Notes: generated from the letters alone by a model not told the origin. A stretch of DNA of 62,827 bases, filler included, from Globobulimina sp. (GCA_003354225.1; 49 parts of 49 records of this genome joined end to end with filler, not necessarily neighbours in it); one strand, 5' to 3'. Numbered from the whole stretch's first letter, positions 12,115 to 24,532 are shown. Made by a program: numbers and translations.

Positions 12115-12580
12115 ATGGCAGAGCAAAAACAAGGTATATACATGTGTTTTGTAAGGGCAACACTAACAGTACATATATACCAAAACAGACAAAGGATTCA
12201 CATTCAAATCAAAAGAAGAAGCCCAGTCCTGGTGCGATCAGCAGACAACTGACTGGGAAAAACATGCCGATGGCACATACAATTTAGAAGAATTCGCAAA
12301 GGCCATGAATTTGGCTGACAATTACAGTTCGTATGAATCACAGGGCGTGAGCGGCAAACAAGAATTTTTTGGTATCTGTGATTGGGTGCAAAAGTCAGGC
12401 GTGTATACCTCGATTAGCTTCAAATATTACGTGGAGAGTTTCACGAAAAGATCAGTGAAAACGCAGTTCGTCCTGGTGCATAGGTTTATCGATGACACCG
12501 AATTAATTTCAATTATCGATGAGTCATTCACTGTCAATGATAAAGGCCATTCTGGAGAAACGACGGTGAAGCAAAATTGA
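12115..12580 (+). CDS. Small protein, possibly NTF2/SnoaL-like; intron 12134-12188
   Basis: MAEQKQ spliced (GTATAT...CTAAC...CAG) to DKGFTFKSKEEAQSWCDQQ...FAKAMNLADNYSSY...FTVNDKG. The fold call is pattern-based only. Confidence 0.6.
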
Positions 12581-12851
12581 TGGGAAAGTGTATGTCCTTA
12601 TTACAATCCTCGGCTGAGAAAGGGAAAAAAGGAAATGCAAAGAAAAGCCGCCCTGTAACCAAAGCGTTTTTAGGATGAAATATTATTCAAAAATCGATAA
12701 ATATTATGTTTGTTGTGTGTATGCTATATTAAAATATTATATTTGTGCCANNNNNNNNNNNNNNNNNNNNNNNNNNNNNNNNNNNNNNNNNNNNTTAATT
12801 AATTAANNNNNNNNNNNNNNNNNNNNNNNNNNNNNNNNNNNNNNNNNNNNT

Positions 12852-14035
12852 GTGAATATGTCAATGTCCACAAACAATATCAATCCCGAATCCGGAGCAC
12901 AACCTACCTCCGCTATCTCCCATAATAACCCCAATGCAGCCACTAATAACGTATCTGACCTTATTTGTGGCAATATGTATCTACAAACAACACCGTTTAC
13001 AATTACGCAGCTGTCTGATGCTGATAAAATGGATCCCAAACCTTGTTTTTTATTTGCTGATAATAATATTGACCGTGTACGAGCCACACCATCGCTCCGC
13101 AAATATTCTGACGGTCAGGCTGCTGTTTGTGGCTTTTTTGATCGTGGTGTAGCGTACGGTATCATTACACAATGGTACGATGCACCAATACCTCCTATTG
13201 AATCGTTTCAAAGAATATTAACTTCCTACATACACCCCCTAATCACATTTATCTTACAAGGGAGAGATATAATTGTCCCCGTTCAGCCAATTACAGATAC
13301 GGAGACCGCCAAACACGCAGTGGTCCATAAATTAGGTCGCGATTCGCCCGAATTAGGATTGCAAGCTTGTGAATGTATACAACGATCATTGAATGAGTTA
13401 TCTCGGTATACAGCGGTTGGCGATTTTATAATATGTGATGAATATGTACCTGAATATGATGCTATTCTCAATGATGACTCCATGCGACAGAAAGCTGCAA
13501 AACGACAAAAACTGAATACAATTAATAGTGATGGCTTGGACTATAATAATATGGCGCCTCCATCCACAAAATCTAACAGACTCATTGCAGATCGCTATAA
13601 TGGTCTCCATCCGTGTGTTATTATTGAATATGAGAGAGATATGGTTTTGGTATATATCAAAGACTTAACCATAAAAATATATGTTGACGCCGAGCGATTG
13701 CTGCCTTGGGACTCGTCCCTGGTTGGTACCATTGATGTTACTGACTCTTATCATTGGAGCTGCGCTGTATTTGGAGCCAAAAGGAAGCTATGTGGCACTC
13801 CCGTATATAATGCAGACAATTCGGTGGCTGCTGCAATACCGCACTCTCACACTGTACTACCAGTAATTGATAACAATGTATGGCACAATTCATTGGACGT
13901 ATCACGTATCGACCAATGTAATACGTACCAGCTGGCTTGGATTGTAACGCATGGCATTGCATCTGATCTGACTGCGGCGCAGAATAACATTTTATTAAAA
14001 TTTGAGTTTGCCGCCAAAATCATCGAATTTCTATT
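12852..14035 (+). CDS. Hypothetical protein with putative macro-like domain (partial)
   Basis: Intron-free frame across the whole contig; motif series FLFADN...DGQAA...AYGIIT...DIIVP...HKLG. Confidence 0.6.
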
Positions 14036-14135
14036 NNNNNNNNNNNNNNNNNNNNNNNNNNNNNNNNNNNNNNNNNNNNTTAATTAATTAANNNNNNNNN
14101 NNNNNNNNNNNNNNNNNNNNNNNNNNNNNNNNNNN

Positions 14136-15318
14136 TTGAGGTTAACGAGCCGCTGATACTATAAACAATATTTGCAAATTGCAATTGCGCATATTGTTGA
14201 TGGTTAGAAAAAGGTGGACCGCCGGAGGAACAGGTTGGACATTGCAAATCCAATTCTTTTTTAAATACATCCGCTCGGACATCAAACGAATACACTTCGT
14301 AATCTGAACCAAATATTAATACTTTGTTGCTGCCGTTTAGGTAAGCAATCATTTTGTGTGTCTTATCTGATGGAGGATATCCGGAATGCAGTATCCATGG
14401 CCATTGAGTGATATTACTCGATGGCCATTGAGTGGGGTGACTGGGGTCATGTGTTGGTATAATTGTTGGTTTTGAAGAAGGATTTGATGTTAACTTTGTT
14501 GGAGATAACGTTGTTGGAATAGCTGTCAATGTAGTTTCCCACGAAGATGTATGATAACCTCCAAAAGCAAACAAATTGCCATTCCCGTAAACAAAACCAA
14601 AATTAATTCGTGAAAAGTTCAACGATGAGTATGTTGTAATAATTTCGTTTTTGAAATCAAATTTTTCAACAATGGATAACGAATTTGTAGCATAATCAGG
14701 AAAGTCTGAGTTTGAATTGAAGCCTCCAACAATATATAGACAATTATTTGTGCCTAACCATACTCGAGTGCCTGCACGCGGTGTTTTTAAAGTGGCACTT
14801 AAAACAGTCCAGGAATGGGAATTAATATTGTGTATATTTTGAATATTAATTTTTTCGATTGTATTTGTAAAACTATTCGTTAACGTTTCACCGCCAAATG
14901 CATATAAATAATTATTATATGCCCAACAGGCAACACCTAAACGTTTATAATTTAATGAAGGTCCTTGAATGTATGAATTAAAGTTATCAGTCCGGTTATA
15001 GATTGTAAAATAATCTTGAAACGTTTTATAAATATGAGCGCCACCACCAGCAGCGAGCAAATATTGATCATCATTTGTAACACTTAGACAAGGATCTAAG
15101 CCAATACTTGGAGCATTTGCATAATTTTGTACTAATGTTTGCGTTGTTACATCAAAATAATGGATTTTATTCTCATATAATGAGCCACTAATTGAATAAA
15201 TAATATTCTGTGAATTTAATGTCACAAATTGCTGTTGATTTGAAAATGGACAGTTGGAACAAGATAAATCAGATTGTTGCGTGAATTGTAATGTCTGTAA
15301 ATTAAAAGTCCAGACTTG
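14136..15318 (-). CDS. Kelch-repeat protein with tandem propellers and PT-rich linker (partial at both ends)
   Basis: GG...W Kelch units (LYAFGGE, LYIVGGF, LFAFGGY). Block CxxC-PFSNxQQ...IxYSISGSL occurs twice. Confidence 0.88.
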
Positions 15319-16705
15319 TANNNNNNNNNNNNNNNNNNNNNNNNNNNNNNNNNNNNNNNNNNNNTTAATTAATTAANNNNNNNNNNNNNNNNNNNNNNNN
15401 NNNNNNNNNNNNNNNNNNNNATGAATGTGGAAATCAACGTGGAATTGGATTTGTTGTATCCTGTCCACAATACACATTATTTTCAACATTTAAATATTTC
15501 AAGATATAATATAATTTCATCATCTTGTTCATTTAAATATTTTATATTATTATGACGTCAATATGACATCAATTGAGACATAATGTCTCAATTGACGTCA
15601 TCAATTAGAGTTATTTGACGTCACATTTGATATTATTTTATTTTTAACTAATGAAAAAATCAAAAATAAATATTACTAACATTTGCAATTGGGTAAATAA
15701 TATAAATAATGAATAAATAAATCAGAGTTCATTGAAATTACATAAATGATCCAGAATAAATAGCTTTTGCAGCTAACATTTATTGATGATAAAAACACTA
15801 CATCTGATGTTGCAAACAAACAATCACACCGACTATTGTCACAACAAATATTCAACACAGCATTAATGTGGCTAAACACTTATGCAGTCCAACATTCAAA
15901 CAAAATTCAACAAAGAGAGTAGAATGCTGATAAATAACCACCACAATGAAATAAACTGCATAACAAAATAAACTGCACAACCAAATAACTGCAACATTCA
16001 GAAAACAAAACTATAAAAAATATTTTCACAACCTATAACCAAAGGCGGCACAGAAATCATTCATTTCTTGGTCAGTGACTGCTATTACTGCAGACATGGT
16101 AGGACCGTCCTGTAGTTTTTGACTGGATTTGACTGGATTCAGTGATGTCATGATGCGTTACTCAAAACAAAAAAGAAAAAATATTCTGATAAACTATATG
16201 GTGAGATAACATCACACAAAAAATTTCGGATCGATAGCATCGATATTCATGGAGAAAAAAAATAATTAAAATTTATCAAAAGTAACATTTTCGTGACCTG
16301 TATATTGACCTGTTCAACTTGATGTGCTGAATACACTAGTATAGTATAGTGTTCTTGGATTTTAGTCCATTGTTTTGGTGTGCCTAGGCACTGTATCCAG
16401 AACATAACCTTCTTTTTAATTTAAAAACTTTACCTTCACCGCTTCTAAAAATACACACTTTTAGATCATATCTTAGATCATATATATGATATGAGATATG
16501 ATTCAATCATCTGACGATACGTTAGGTTAGATAGCTGGTGCTAAATTGATATGATAAATCTATTCAGCATATATCCAGCTAGTTATAAAAAAAAGTTAGC
16601 AGTTCNNNNNNNNNNNNNNNNNNNNNNNNNNNNNNNNNNNNNNNNNNNNTTAATTAATTAANNNNNNNNNNNNNNNNNNNNNNNNNNNNNNNNNNNNNNN
16701 NNNNN

Positions 16706-17842
16706 GGAGGAAATGAAAATATTAAACAAATAACAAAAATAAAAACATTTGAAAAAAAAATAAAAAATATTGTTAGTTGTGGTGATTGTGGTGCAGCAGC
16801 ATATATTTTATTTGATGATGAAACATATGAATGTTGCGGTGATAATGGATTTGGTGTATTAGGTGTTGGCCATTATAATAATATTAATGTATGGCATCAA
16901 GTAAAAGATATGAAAATAAAACAGATATTTGCAACACCAAATGGATCAGAACATTCATTTTGTATTTCAAATGAGAATAAATTATATGCTGTCGGACGGA
17001 ATTCTTATAATCAATTTGGTATAGAAACAAACGAAGACAATAATAATCAATGGACACCAATTAATACGTCATTATCGATTCAAAAAGTAGCCACAGCAGA
17101 GTGGTATACAACATTTTTAAGCACAAATGGTAAAATATATGTTGCTGGTGATGACGGTGATGGTGGTTTAGGATTAGGTGAAGATATTGAATCATCCCCA
17201 AATATTCAAGAAATTCAAATAAAAATAAAATTTAAAGATATATATTGTGGAGGTTTACATACCTTAGCAATTGATGATAATTATGGTGTTTGGTCGTGGG
17301 GATTTGGGAGATATGGTAGGTTAGGCCATGGAGATGATAATAATAGATATTTGCCAACAAGAATACAATATTTTATTCAAAACAATATTAAAATTGGGAA
17401 AATATGTTGTGGTGTGGCACATAATATATTACTATCATTAAATAAGAAAGTTTTGATCTTTTTGTGTTGCGTTTACGTATTTTTACATTGTTTTAAATAA
17501 ATAAATAAGATATATTGTTTTGGAGGGAATTGGGAGTATCAATGTGGCAATGGTTCAAATAAAAATGTGTTTTTACCACAACCAAATGAAACATTAAAAA
17601 AGGAAACAATTATTGATATTAAATGTGGAGAAGATCATAATATTGTTAAAACAGCAGATAACAAATATTATTTATGGGGATATAATGCATATAATCAATG
17701 TTTATATGTTCATGATGCCAATCCGCCATCAAATATTAAGAAACCATTATTATTTAATTCAAATTATTTTGATAAAGATGAAGAAATTCTTGAAATGTAT
17801 GCTGGATGTAATGAAACACGAATAGTAATTTGTAAAATTTAA
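16706..17842 (+). CDS. RCC1-repeat protein (5' partial); intron 17450-17509
   Basis: CGGLHTLAIDDNYGVWSWGFGRYGRLGHGD, CGVAHN, CGEDHN. Splicing joins LNKK to IYCFGGNWEYQCG. Confidence 0.92.
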
Positions 17843-18048
17843 ATGAAGATGAAAAACAAAGTGACATTTGAACTGCTTTAGAATAAAATANNNNNNNNNN
17901 NNNNNNNNNNNNNNNNNNNNNNNNNNNNNNNNNNTTAATTAATTAANNNNNNNNNNNNNNNNNNNNNNNNNNNNNNNNNNNNNNNNNNNNAATCCATATC
18001 ACAGAAAAAAGGAAAAAAGGAGAAGGGGAATTAAACGGCCTGCGATAT

Positions 18049-18669
18049 ATGATAGTTGACACTGAAAATGATGAATACGACGAAGAGAATACTGATTCAA
18101 ATTATGTGCTCAATAAAAGACACCAAATGGTGCTGTTTCCATTGCCAAGCTACACCGCAAGGGACACATTGACGATTATTTCATATTTGACGTCTGCAAT
18201 GTTCATATTTACATTGATTGTAATCATACTCATCTTAAATAAAATAATAACGCCTATTAATATGTTATTAGTTACTTTGGCGATTATATTTGGAGCAATA
18301 GGACTGTTTTCGGATGGAGCGTTTTATTTAAATTTCAATCTTGAGACCAAACAAATATTTGTCCAGCAAAAGATGTGTGTCGGTAATTGCATCTGTGGCA
18401 ACATGGGAGTTCAAGGCAAATTGTTAGGCGATTTTTAAACGTTTGTAAACGTTTCCAAAGTAAAAATAAATGATGTGATTGGCGAGGATATGTATAAGCG
18501 ATGGCAATTTATTTTGACATTTAAGGATTATGAAAATGGGGAAGAATGTAATGTGTTATTTATAACTTCAAATGAAGAAATGATTGATAATTTGGAACGT
18601 AATGTGAATGAATGGTGGAAGCAATATGGTTTGGATAATGTTGATGTGAATATGGAGGATTATCATTAA
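18049..18669 (+). pseudogene. Two-TM membrane protein interrupted by one in-frame TAA (18436-18438)
   Basis: ORFs 18049-18438 and 18475-18669 are in the same frame: KLLGDF*TFVNVSKVKINDVIGEDMY. Confidence 0.55.
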
Positions 18670-18889
18670 ATGCACGCTGTGCAATTTTTTGTTCTTTTCT
18701 TTGTGGGCTGTAACTCGCATAAATGTGAATTTGTGATTGGTTCAGTTACAAATAATAAATGTATATCTTTCAGGGTACAAATAATAATACAAATATGTTT
18801 CTGTTTGTGCAGAAACGCTGTGAATCTCCGACTGTTTTCGAGTCAAAATATTTATTTAACCTCAGGCTCAGCTTAAAATTAAGAGAGCA

Positions 18890-19175
18890 ATGTCAGTTTT
18901 GCAATTCACAAATGAAGCTGTAGCCGAAGGTGAAAATGGGGTTGAAATTGAAGAGTGGTTCAGGAAAAACGATCTGTTCGAATTCGTAAATTTGCAAAAA
19001 ATAAAAGACGATAAAGTTAAAATAAATGACTTACGAGATTTGGATCCGCAAACAAACGATGTTGAAGAATTCTGCAAAGCATATGGTATTTTACAATTCG
19101 TTCATAAGAAACGCTTTAAAAAAGGCTTAAAAGCGTTGCATTCCACATTGCCAACCAATGCCATCATCATTTCCA
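18890..19175 (+). CDS. Protein with SAM-like N-terminal domain (3' partial)
   Basis: IEEWFRKNDL...KINDLRDL...YGILQFVHKKRFKKGLKAL resembles a SAM helix pattern. Confidence 0.5.
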
Positions 19176-19275
19176 NNNNNNNNNNNNNNNNNNNNNNNNN
19201 NNNNNNNNNNNNNNNNNNNTTAATTAATTAANNNNNNNNNNNNNNNNNNNNNNNNNNNNNNNNNNNNNNNNNNNN

Positions 19276-19806
19276 CATGTAGAATCTTGTTACGACAAAG
19301 CTATTGACGCTGGATTGACCGCCTTTGCCGACCATTGTCGTGAAGAACGCTTCGACCCTGTTGCAGCTCATGCTACCAGTGGCGACACCACCTCTATCCA
19401 TTTCTCCGTAAGAAGACGTCATCCAGATTACCAAACACCGATTCCAACGGAAGGATTTCCTACACCAGTGGAGAAAAGCGGCCTTACGGCCTTCCAAGCA
19501 GAACTCAAAGTCCAACAGGATCAAGAAAAAGCCAGACTAGCTGCCGAAGACGAAAAACTAGTTGATGAAATCCGTCAACAAATGTCCACCGCACAATCAC
19601 AGGAACGACCAATGGACACTGACCAACCCGGAGCCTCTGGATTCCAACTTCTCACGACGGATACAGACCAACCTGGCACTTCCGGTTTTCAAGTCACTGT
19701 TCCGAATACCAGTCAACGCGACGCTCAAAGCACCCGTACGGTCATTCCTCGTCGGGACGCCTCAAGCTCGAAAGGGGGAAATGTACAGAACCCCACAACA
19801 TTCTGA
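19276..19806 (+). CDS. Hypothetical protein on a GC-richer contig (5' partial); likely another organism or a TE ORF
   Basis: Open frame with duplicated DTDQPG(A/T)SGFQ; composition differs from flanking contigs. Confidence 0.45.
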   Translation, partial: HVESCYDKAIDAGLTAFADHCREERFDPVAAHATSGDTTSIHFSVRRRHPDYQTPIPTEGFPTPVEKSGLTAFQAELKVQQDQEKARLAAEDEKLVDEIRQQMSTAQSQERPMDTDQPGASGFQLLTTDTDQPGTSGFQVTVPNTSQRDAQSTRTVIPRRDASSSKGGNVQNPTTF

Positions 19807-20561
19807 CTATTTACAGGTTCAATGGCTGTTTTGTACATCATCACTAATCTACTCATGACGGCTGGCCCGTGTTTTTCTATTTCCATGTTCGAACCTCCCG
19901 CACTAACCCTGTTTGATCAAGGCCCGGTGGTAATTGGACGACGCCAACGTTGTGCAACGAACTCTATGCTTTGGTATCAAAGATGGATTCGGCGCCTTTC
20001 ATCAGTGACGCCTCTAACTTACACAAAGGCGGGAGAAACTGGTCACGTGATTGCCCTCAAGGCACACGCTTTTGATACGATTATTGATTGATTAACTTGT
20101 GTTCTGGTCACGAATAAAATGTAATAAAACAGTTTGTGTTTATGCTCAGTAATAACCCAGTCGTGACATAAAGAAAAGATTATTTTTATTGTGTATTTTG
20201 TTACGAGCAATAATTCAGATTCGATTGTCCTCAAGTTGAAACTCCAACGGTAATCACAGTTATATCAGTTGTGGAAAGACCGACAATTGTGGACATCATC
20301 ATTCAAACATTCTTCTTGGACTTCAACACTCAGAAAAGAGCGTCCAGTAAGAAGCGAACCTAAAAATAGTAGATGATTGCTATCTGTACGTGCACATTGC
20401 CAGAAAAGTGTCGTACATTTTGGAGGTTCTAACCGCTCTCTACATCCATTCACTGTTGCCNNNNNNNNNNNNNNNNNNNNNNNNNNNNNNNNNNNNNNNN
20501 NNNNTTAATTAATTAANNNNNNNNNNNNNNNNNNNNNNNNNNNNNNNNNNNNNNNNNNNNA

Positions 20562-21683
20562 TTCAATGCAGATCAATGTTGCGGGACTGCATTACAAAAT
20601 AATATTAATGATATAGGCTTTGTACAAGCAATAATTAATGGAGCACAGACATCATTTCCCGGAATATTTCCATTTGCTACGGTTCGCAATGAAAATTGCG
20701 ATGGCTATGTATGGATTACAGGCTTTTCAAATGGAGGATTCATGACTGATAAAATAGTTTAGCACTACAGTAGTATTTTTTTATTCATATATACTGTAAT
20801 TTAAAAAATTAAATATATTTAATCAAAGGCATGGATGGCGACTACAAATAAATTTAGTAAAATCGTAGCAGCGGCACCTATGGCAGGTTATATTTATGAC
20901 AATTCAAAATATATCAAAAACTCATTGGAAAATGGTGATAAACGGCATGAAGTAGCAATGTATTTCCATCACAGTAAAACTGATACGTTTGTAAACCCAG
21001 ATGGATGTTGCATGCATTCTACACAAGGTTGTTGTTGTGGCATTGCACAAAACTCATTGAAATGTTTGTCGATTTATAGTGAGTTTGCAAATTGGTTGTC
21101 ATGGAATAACTGTAATGATGATGTGAGCTATGAAAATATAAAAAGCGACAAAATGATACATGTTGATGGTGATAAACATGTGGAGGTAGTGTGTGGTTAC
21201 GCGACTCCTGAAGAGCATGGCTGTGATACATATACATCTTTGTGCTTATATGACAATATTCATCATACCGAATGGTCTGTTTATGTGCCTCAACAAGCCC
21301 AAGTTATGATATTCTTTTTGAAGGCATTATGTTTGCAGCAAAATGGCAAATTTAATGAAGTTATGGTGAGATGTGAATGTGCTGCTGATTCCGTGTTTGA
21401 TGGATTTCATTGTATTTCACCAAAAACAGCATTGGGTATAACTGTCGGTGCTGTAAATAATGCAGAAACAGAGAGCAATGAAGGGATAAAACCAAATGGC
21501 GATTTATCTGATTTGGGGACTGCAGATAATAAGTATTCGGATAAGCAATTTTATACATGGATTTCTTGGATATGTGGTTCTATGGTATTTGCGTCGATTG
21601 GATTGTATGCGATTGTAATATATAAAAACAAACAAACCGGGTATAGGTATTTTAGAGTTAATCTGCAAGATGATTTATCATGA
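20562..21683 (+). CDS. Alpha/beta-hydrolase of the LpqC/PHB-depolymerase esterase type with C-terminal TM; intron 20757-20828
   Basis: FNADQCCG...NDIGFV...VWITGFSNGGFM (GxSxG), spliced to AWMA...AAAPMAG...FHHSKTDTFV; TM WISWICGSMVFASIGLYAIVIY. Confidence 0.85.
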
Positions 21684-21892
21684 TTAAAATGACTCCATTG
21701 ACTCCATTAATGTCTAATCGTTTAAATGGAAATCCTCTCAACATTNNNNNNNNNNNNNNNNNNNNNNNNNNNNNNNNNNNNNNNNNNNNTTAATTAATTA
21801 ANNNNNNNNNNNNNNNNNNNNNNNNNNNNNNNNNNNNNNNNNNNNTAACTAAAAAACTTCCCAAACGACCAAAATTAACAAAATAAGCTGAA

Positions 21893-23029
21893 TCAATAAG
21901 TTCTTTGTGGCATTTGTTTTGTTTTAATAATTTGCTGTATCAATCGTTTCCAGAAATTGCTATATACCCTAATAGCCATAATATTAATCCCTAAAAAGAC
22001 AGGAGCAACAATATAAATTGAACACGAACAAGCCAACTTTGCCATTTCTGTCGCCATATTCCATCGAACAGCTTTCGTTCGTTGATCCAATCCAAAATAT
22101 GATAAATCCTTTGTACTTAAATATAACTTCGTATCCCATTCCATTCCAACAATTGTTTTTCTATATAAATCCCTCCGTTTTTCTTTTTTTTTATCCTCAC
22201 CTTCCCCTTCAAACTGTTCCTCGTCTTTTAAATTTAGCGACGGCGCAATGGGCGGTTTTAACATTTTATGTTTCTCCGCCAATCTTTCTTGAAATTCCAA
22301 ATTAATTTCATACTCTTTACGTCCTTCAATGTTGCGATGATATATTAACTCCATATAATCCCAAAAGGACTCATCCACATATTTGTTTTTATAAAACTGT
22401 CCCAAATACAAATAGGATAAAAATACGCTGATATAAATCATTGCGGTCATAGCGAGACAGCCGGCAAACGTACCTTTAATGCAATTGCGTATATAACTCG
22501 CACGTAATTCTGTCAATGTTTCGCATAATTCAAACGTTTTCAATTGCTTTATACGTAATGGATGTGTCCATATTCGATGCCATAAATGGCCGCCAATCCC
22601 ACTGCCAAAGCCTAGAAACAATGAATAGGTCGTCGCACAGGCTCGATCCTGCTGTTTTTCTTTGGCAATTTGCGAGGTTTGCTGCATGTTTATTGGTATG
22701 GATGGATCGCTTGTGTTTTTCGTATAATATGCGTCTGGAAATGGCGAATAAAATTTAAAATCATTTCGGAAATCTTTTGGTTGGAATACAGATATTATGC
22801 CACCGCACATAAATCCACCGAGTAAAAATAATGCACCGATGTTAATGGCATTGTTGCTGGCTTCGTTTCTATGCTTTTTCGGTCCTTTTTGCGCTTCGTA
22901 ATCAAATAGTTTTGGATTTATTGGTGGGTATTGGGTTGGCGCGACATCACTTAGTTCAATCTTCTTCTTTGTCGGAGAGTGTCGGGTTTGAGTGGCAAAT
23001 GATACACATAACGATTGTTGTAATGGTTT
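21893..23029 (-). CDS. Hypothetical multi-pass membrane protein (5' partial)
   Basis: Frame stays open to the contig edge; about 4 hydrophobic segments. Confidence 0.6.
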   Translation of the reverse strand, partial: KPLQQSLCVSFATQTRHSPTKKKIELSDVAPTQYPPINPKLFDYEAQKGPKKHRNEASNNAINIGALFLLGGFMCGGIISVFQPKDFRNDFKFYSPFPDAYYTKNTSDPSIPINMQQTSQIAKEKQQDRACATTYSLFLGFGSGIGGHLWHRIWTHPLRIKQLKTFELCETLTELRASYIRNCIKGTFAGCLAMTAMIYISVFLSYLYLGQFYKNKYVDESFWDYMELIYHRNIEGRKEYEINLEFQERLAEKHKMLKPPIAPSLNLKDEEQFEGEGEDKKKEKRRDLYRKTIVGMEWDTKLYLSTKDLSYFGLDQRTKAVRWNMATEMAKLACSCSIYIVAPVFLGINIMAIRVYSNFWKRLIQQIIKTKQMPQRTY

Positions 23030-23130
23030 GNNNNNNNNNNNNNNNNNNNNNNNNNNNNNNNNNNNNNNNNNNNNTTAATTAATTAANNNNNNNNNNNNNN
23101 NNNNNNNNNNNNNNNNNNNNNNNNNNNNNN

Positions 23131-24044
23131 TTTATGCAAAGAGTCATTGAATTTTGCTCCAATGCCTGCGCAAATCCTGACACGCTTTGGAGATTAATAT
23201 GCGGTGCGAATTTCTACAATGAAAAACAACTCCAATTCCATTATATCCACCAATCCATAGACATCTCACACGCACGTAACACCTTTTATAAATGTTTACT
23301 CTCACAAACACACAGATACATTGATTATGTCTACAGAATACATAACCATACACTGACCATAAAATATTGCGTAAATAAACACAGCCCATATATGACACCC
23401 AAATCATACACCACATACGCAACGACAACATACAGGAATGGTATAACTATCAACATAAAATACGATCCTCGGATATACTAATCTCTACCGATTCCTCCAG
23501 CGAGAACAACAGAACAGGAATCGGTATTGCCATCAGAGACCACAACACAATCCATTGCTTTGCGCAACCAATTGGCTCCCAAACCAACCACCATGGAGAG
23601 TTACTGGCAATTGGAAAATCAAAGTTTTTTCTGAAGCATTGCAAAATTGACTGTCGCAACAGACGCCTTATTCTATTCACAGACTCTATGACCAACTTTG
23701 TGTCCCTCATTGTTACTCCCTCCAAAGTAAATAAACTTACGTATGCAAAATTATTCAGAAACACTCAGAAACACATAATCGACCTCGGAATATTGCTATG
23801 GAAAGTAAAATCCCACACAAAACCGAAACAGCAAGTTTACAATCTCATTGCAGACAGATTGGCGTATATTGGTAGAATGCACCCCCAGAACAATAATCTC
23901 ATTATTCCTAGCATCGGTTCAATTCAATATGCAAAATACAAACAATTCCATTTACCGCCAGGAATCACCGATGATACTCTTTATAATCTCACGGGGATGT
24001 TCCAGCAATCCGTGAGCCTGGAATCGGACTTACGTCCTGATTGA
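23131..24044 (+). mobile_element. Degenerate retroelement 3' end with RNase H domain
   Basis: ILISTDSS...TGIGIAI...TNHHGELLAI...ILFTDSM...WKVKSH...YNLIADRLA (D-E-D-D plus His loop). Upstream frame broken by stops or a frameshift near 23340-23380. Confidence 0.8.
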
Positions 24045-24445
24045 ATTTTGCACTACTACTACTTGAGTTAACTATTTGTTAATAGATAACTGAAGCACAT
24101 CAAAGTTTTTTTTTAACACATTTCGTGGCTTATATAATGGCGGTTATTATGTTCAATAATAAAGTCATAAATTATATTACATGCGTTTTACCTTTGGAAT
24201 GTTTTGCATCTGTTGTTGTATACCAAACATATACAGAAATCACATCGAACTGCACAGTTCGCAAATCGCAGTAGAACTGAAGGTAAACCACTAAAAATTA
24301 ATTAATAACATTTATNNNNNNNNNNNNNNNNNNNNNNNNNNNNNNNNNNNNNNNNNNNNTTAATTAATTAANNNNNNNNNNNNNNNNNNNNNNNNNNNNN
24401 NNNNNNNNNNNNNNNGCCAAATAAACATATAACAATTATGAATAT

Positions 24446-24532
24446 GCGCGGATGATCCTCACTGGTGTGGTGTGCAGACTTCAAATCTGTAGGTGCATAA
24501 CAGCACAGTGGTTCGATTCCACCTTCTGCGCG
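24446..24532 (+). tRNA. trnU(UCA): tRNA-Sec (anticodon UCA), eukaryotic 9/4 fold
   Basis: GCGCGGATGATCCTCACTGGTGTGGTGTGCAGACTTCAAATCTGTAGGTGCATAACAGCACAGTGGTTCGATTCCACCTTCTGCGCG. 9-bp acceptor, long D stem with UGGU loop, 6-bp anticodon stem with TCA at 24481-24483, long variable arm, 4-bp T stem, G discriminator, downstream TTTT. Confidence 0.96.
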
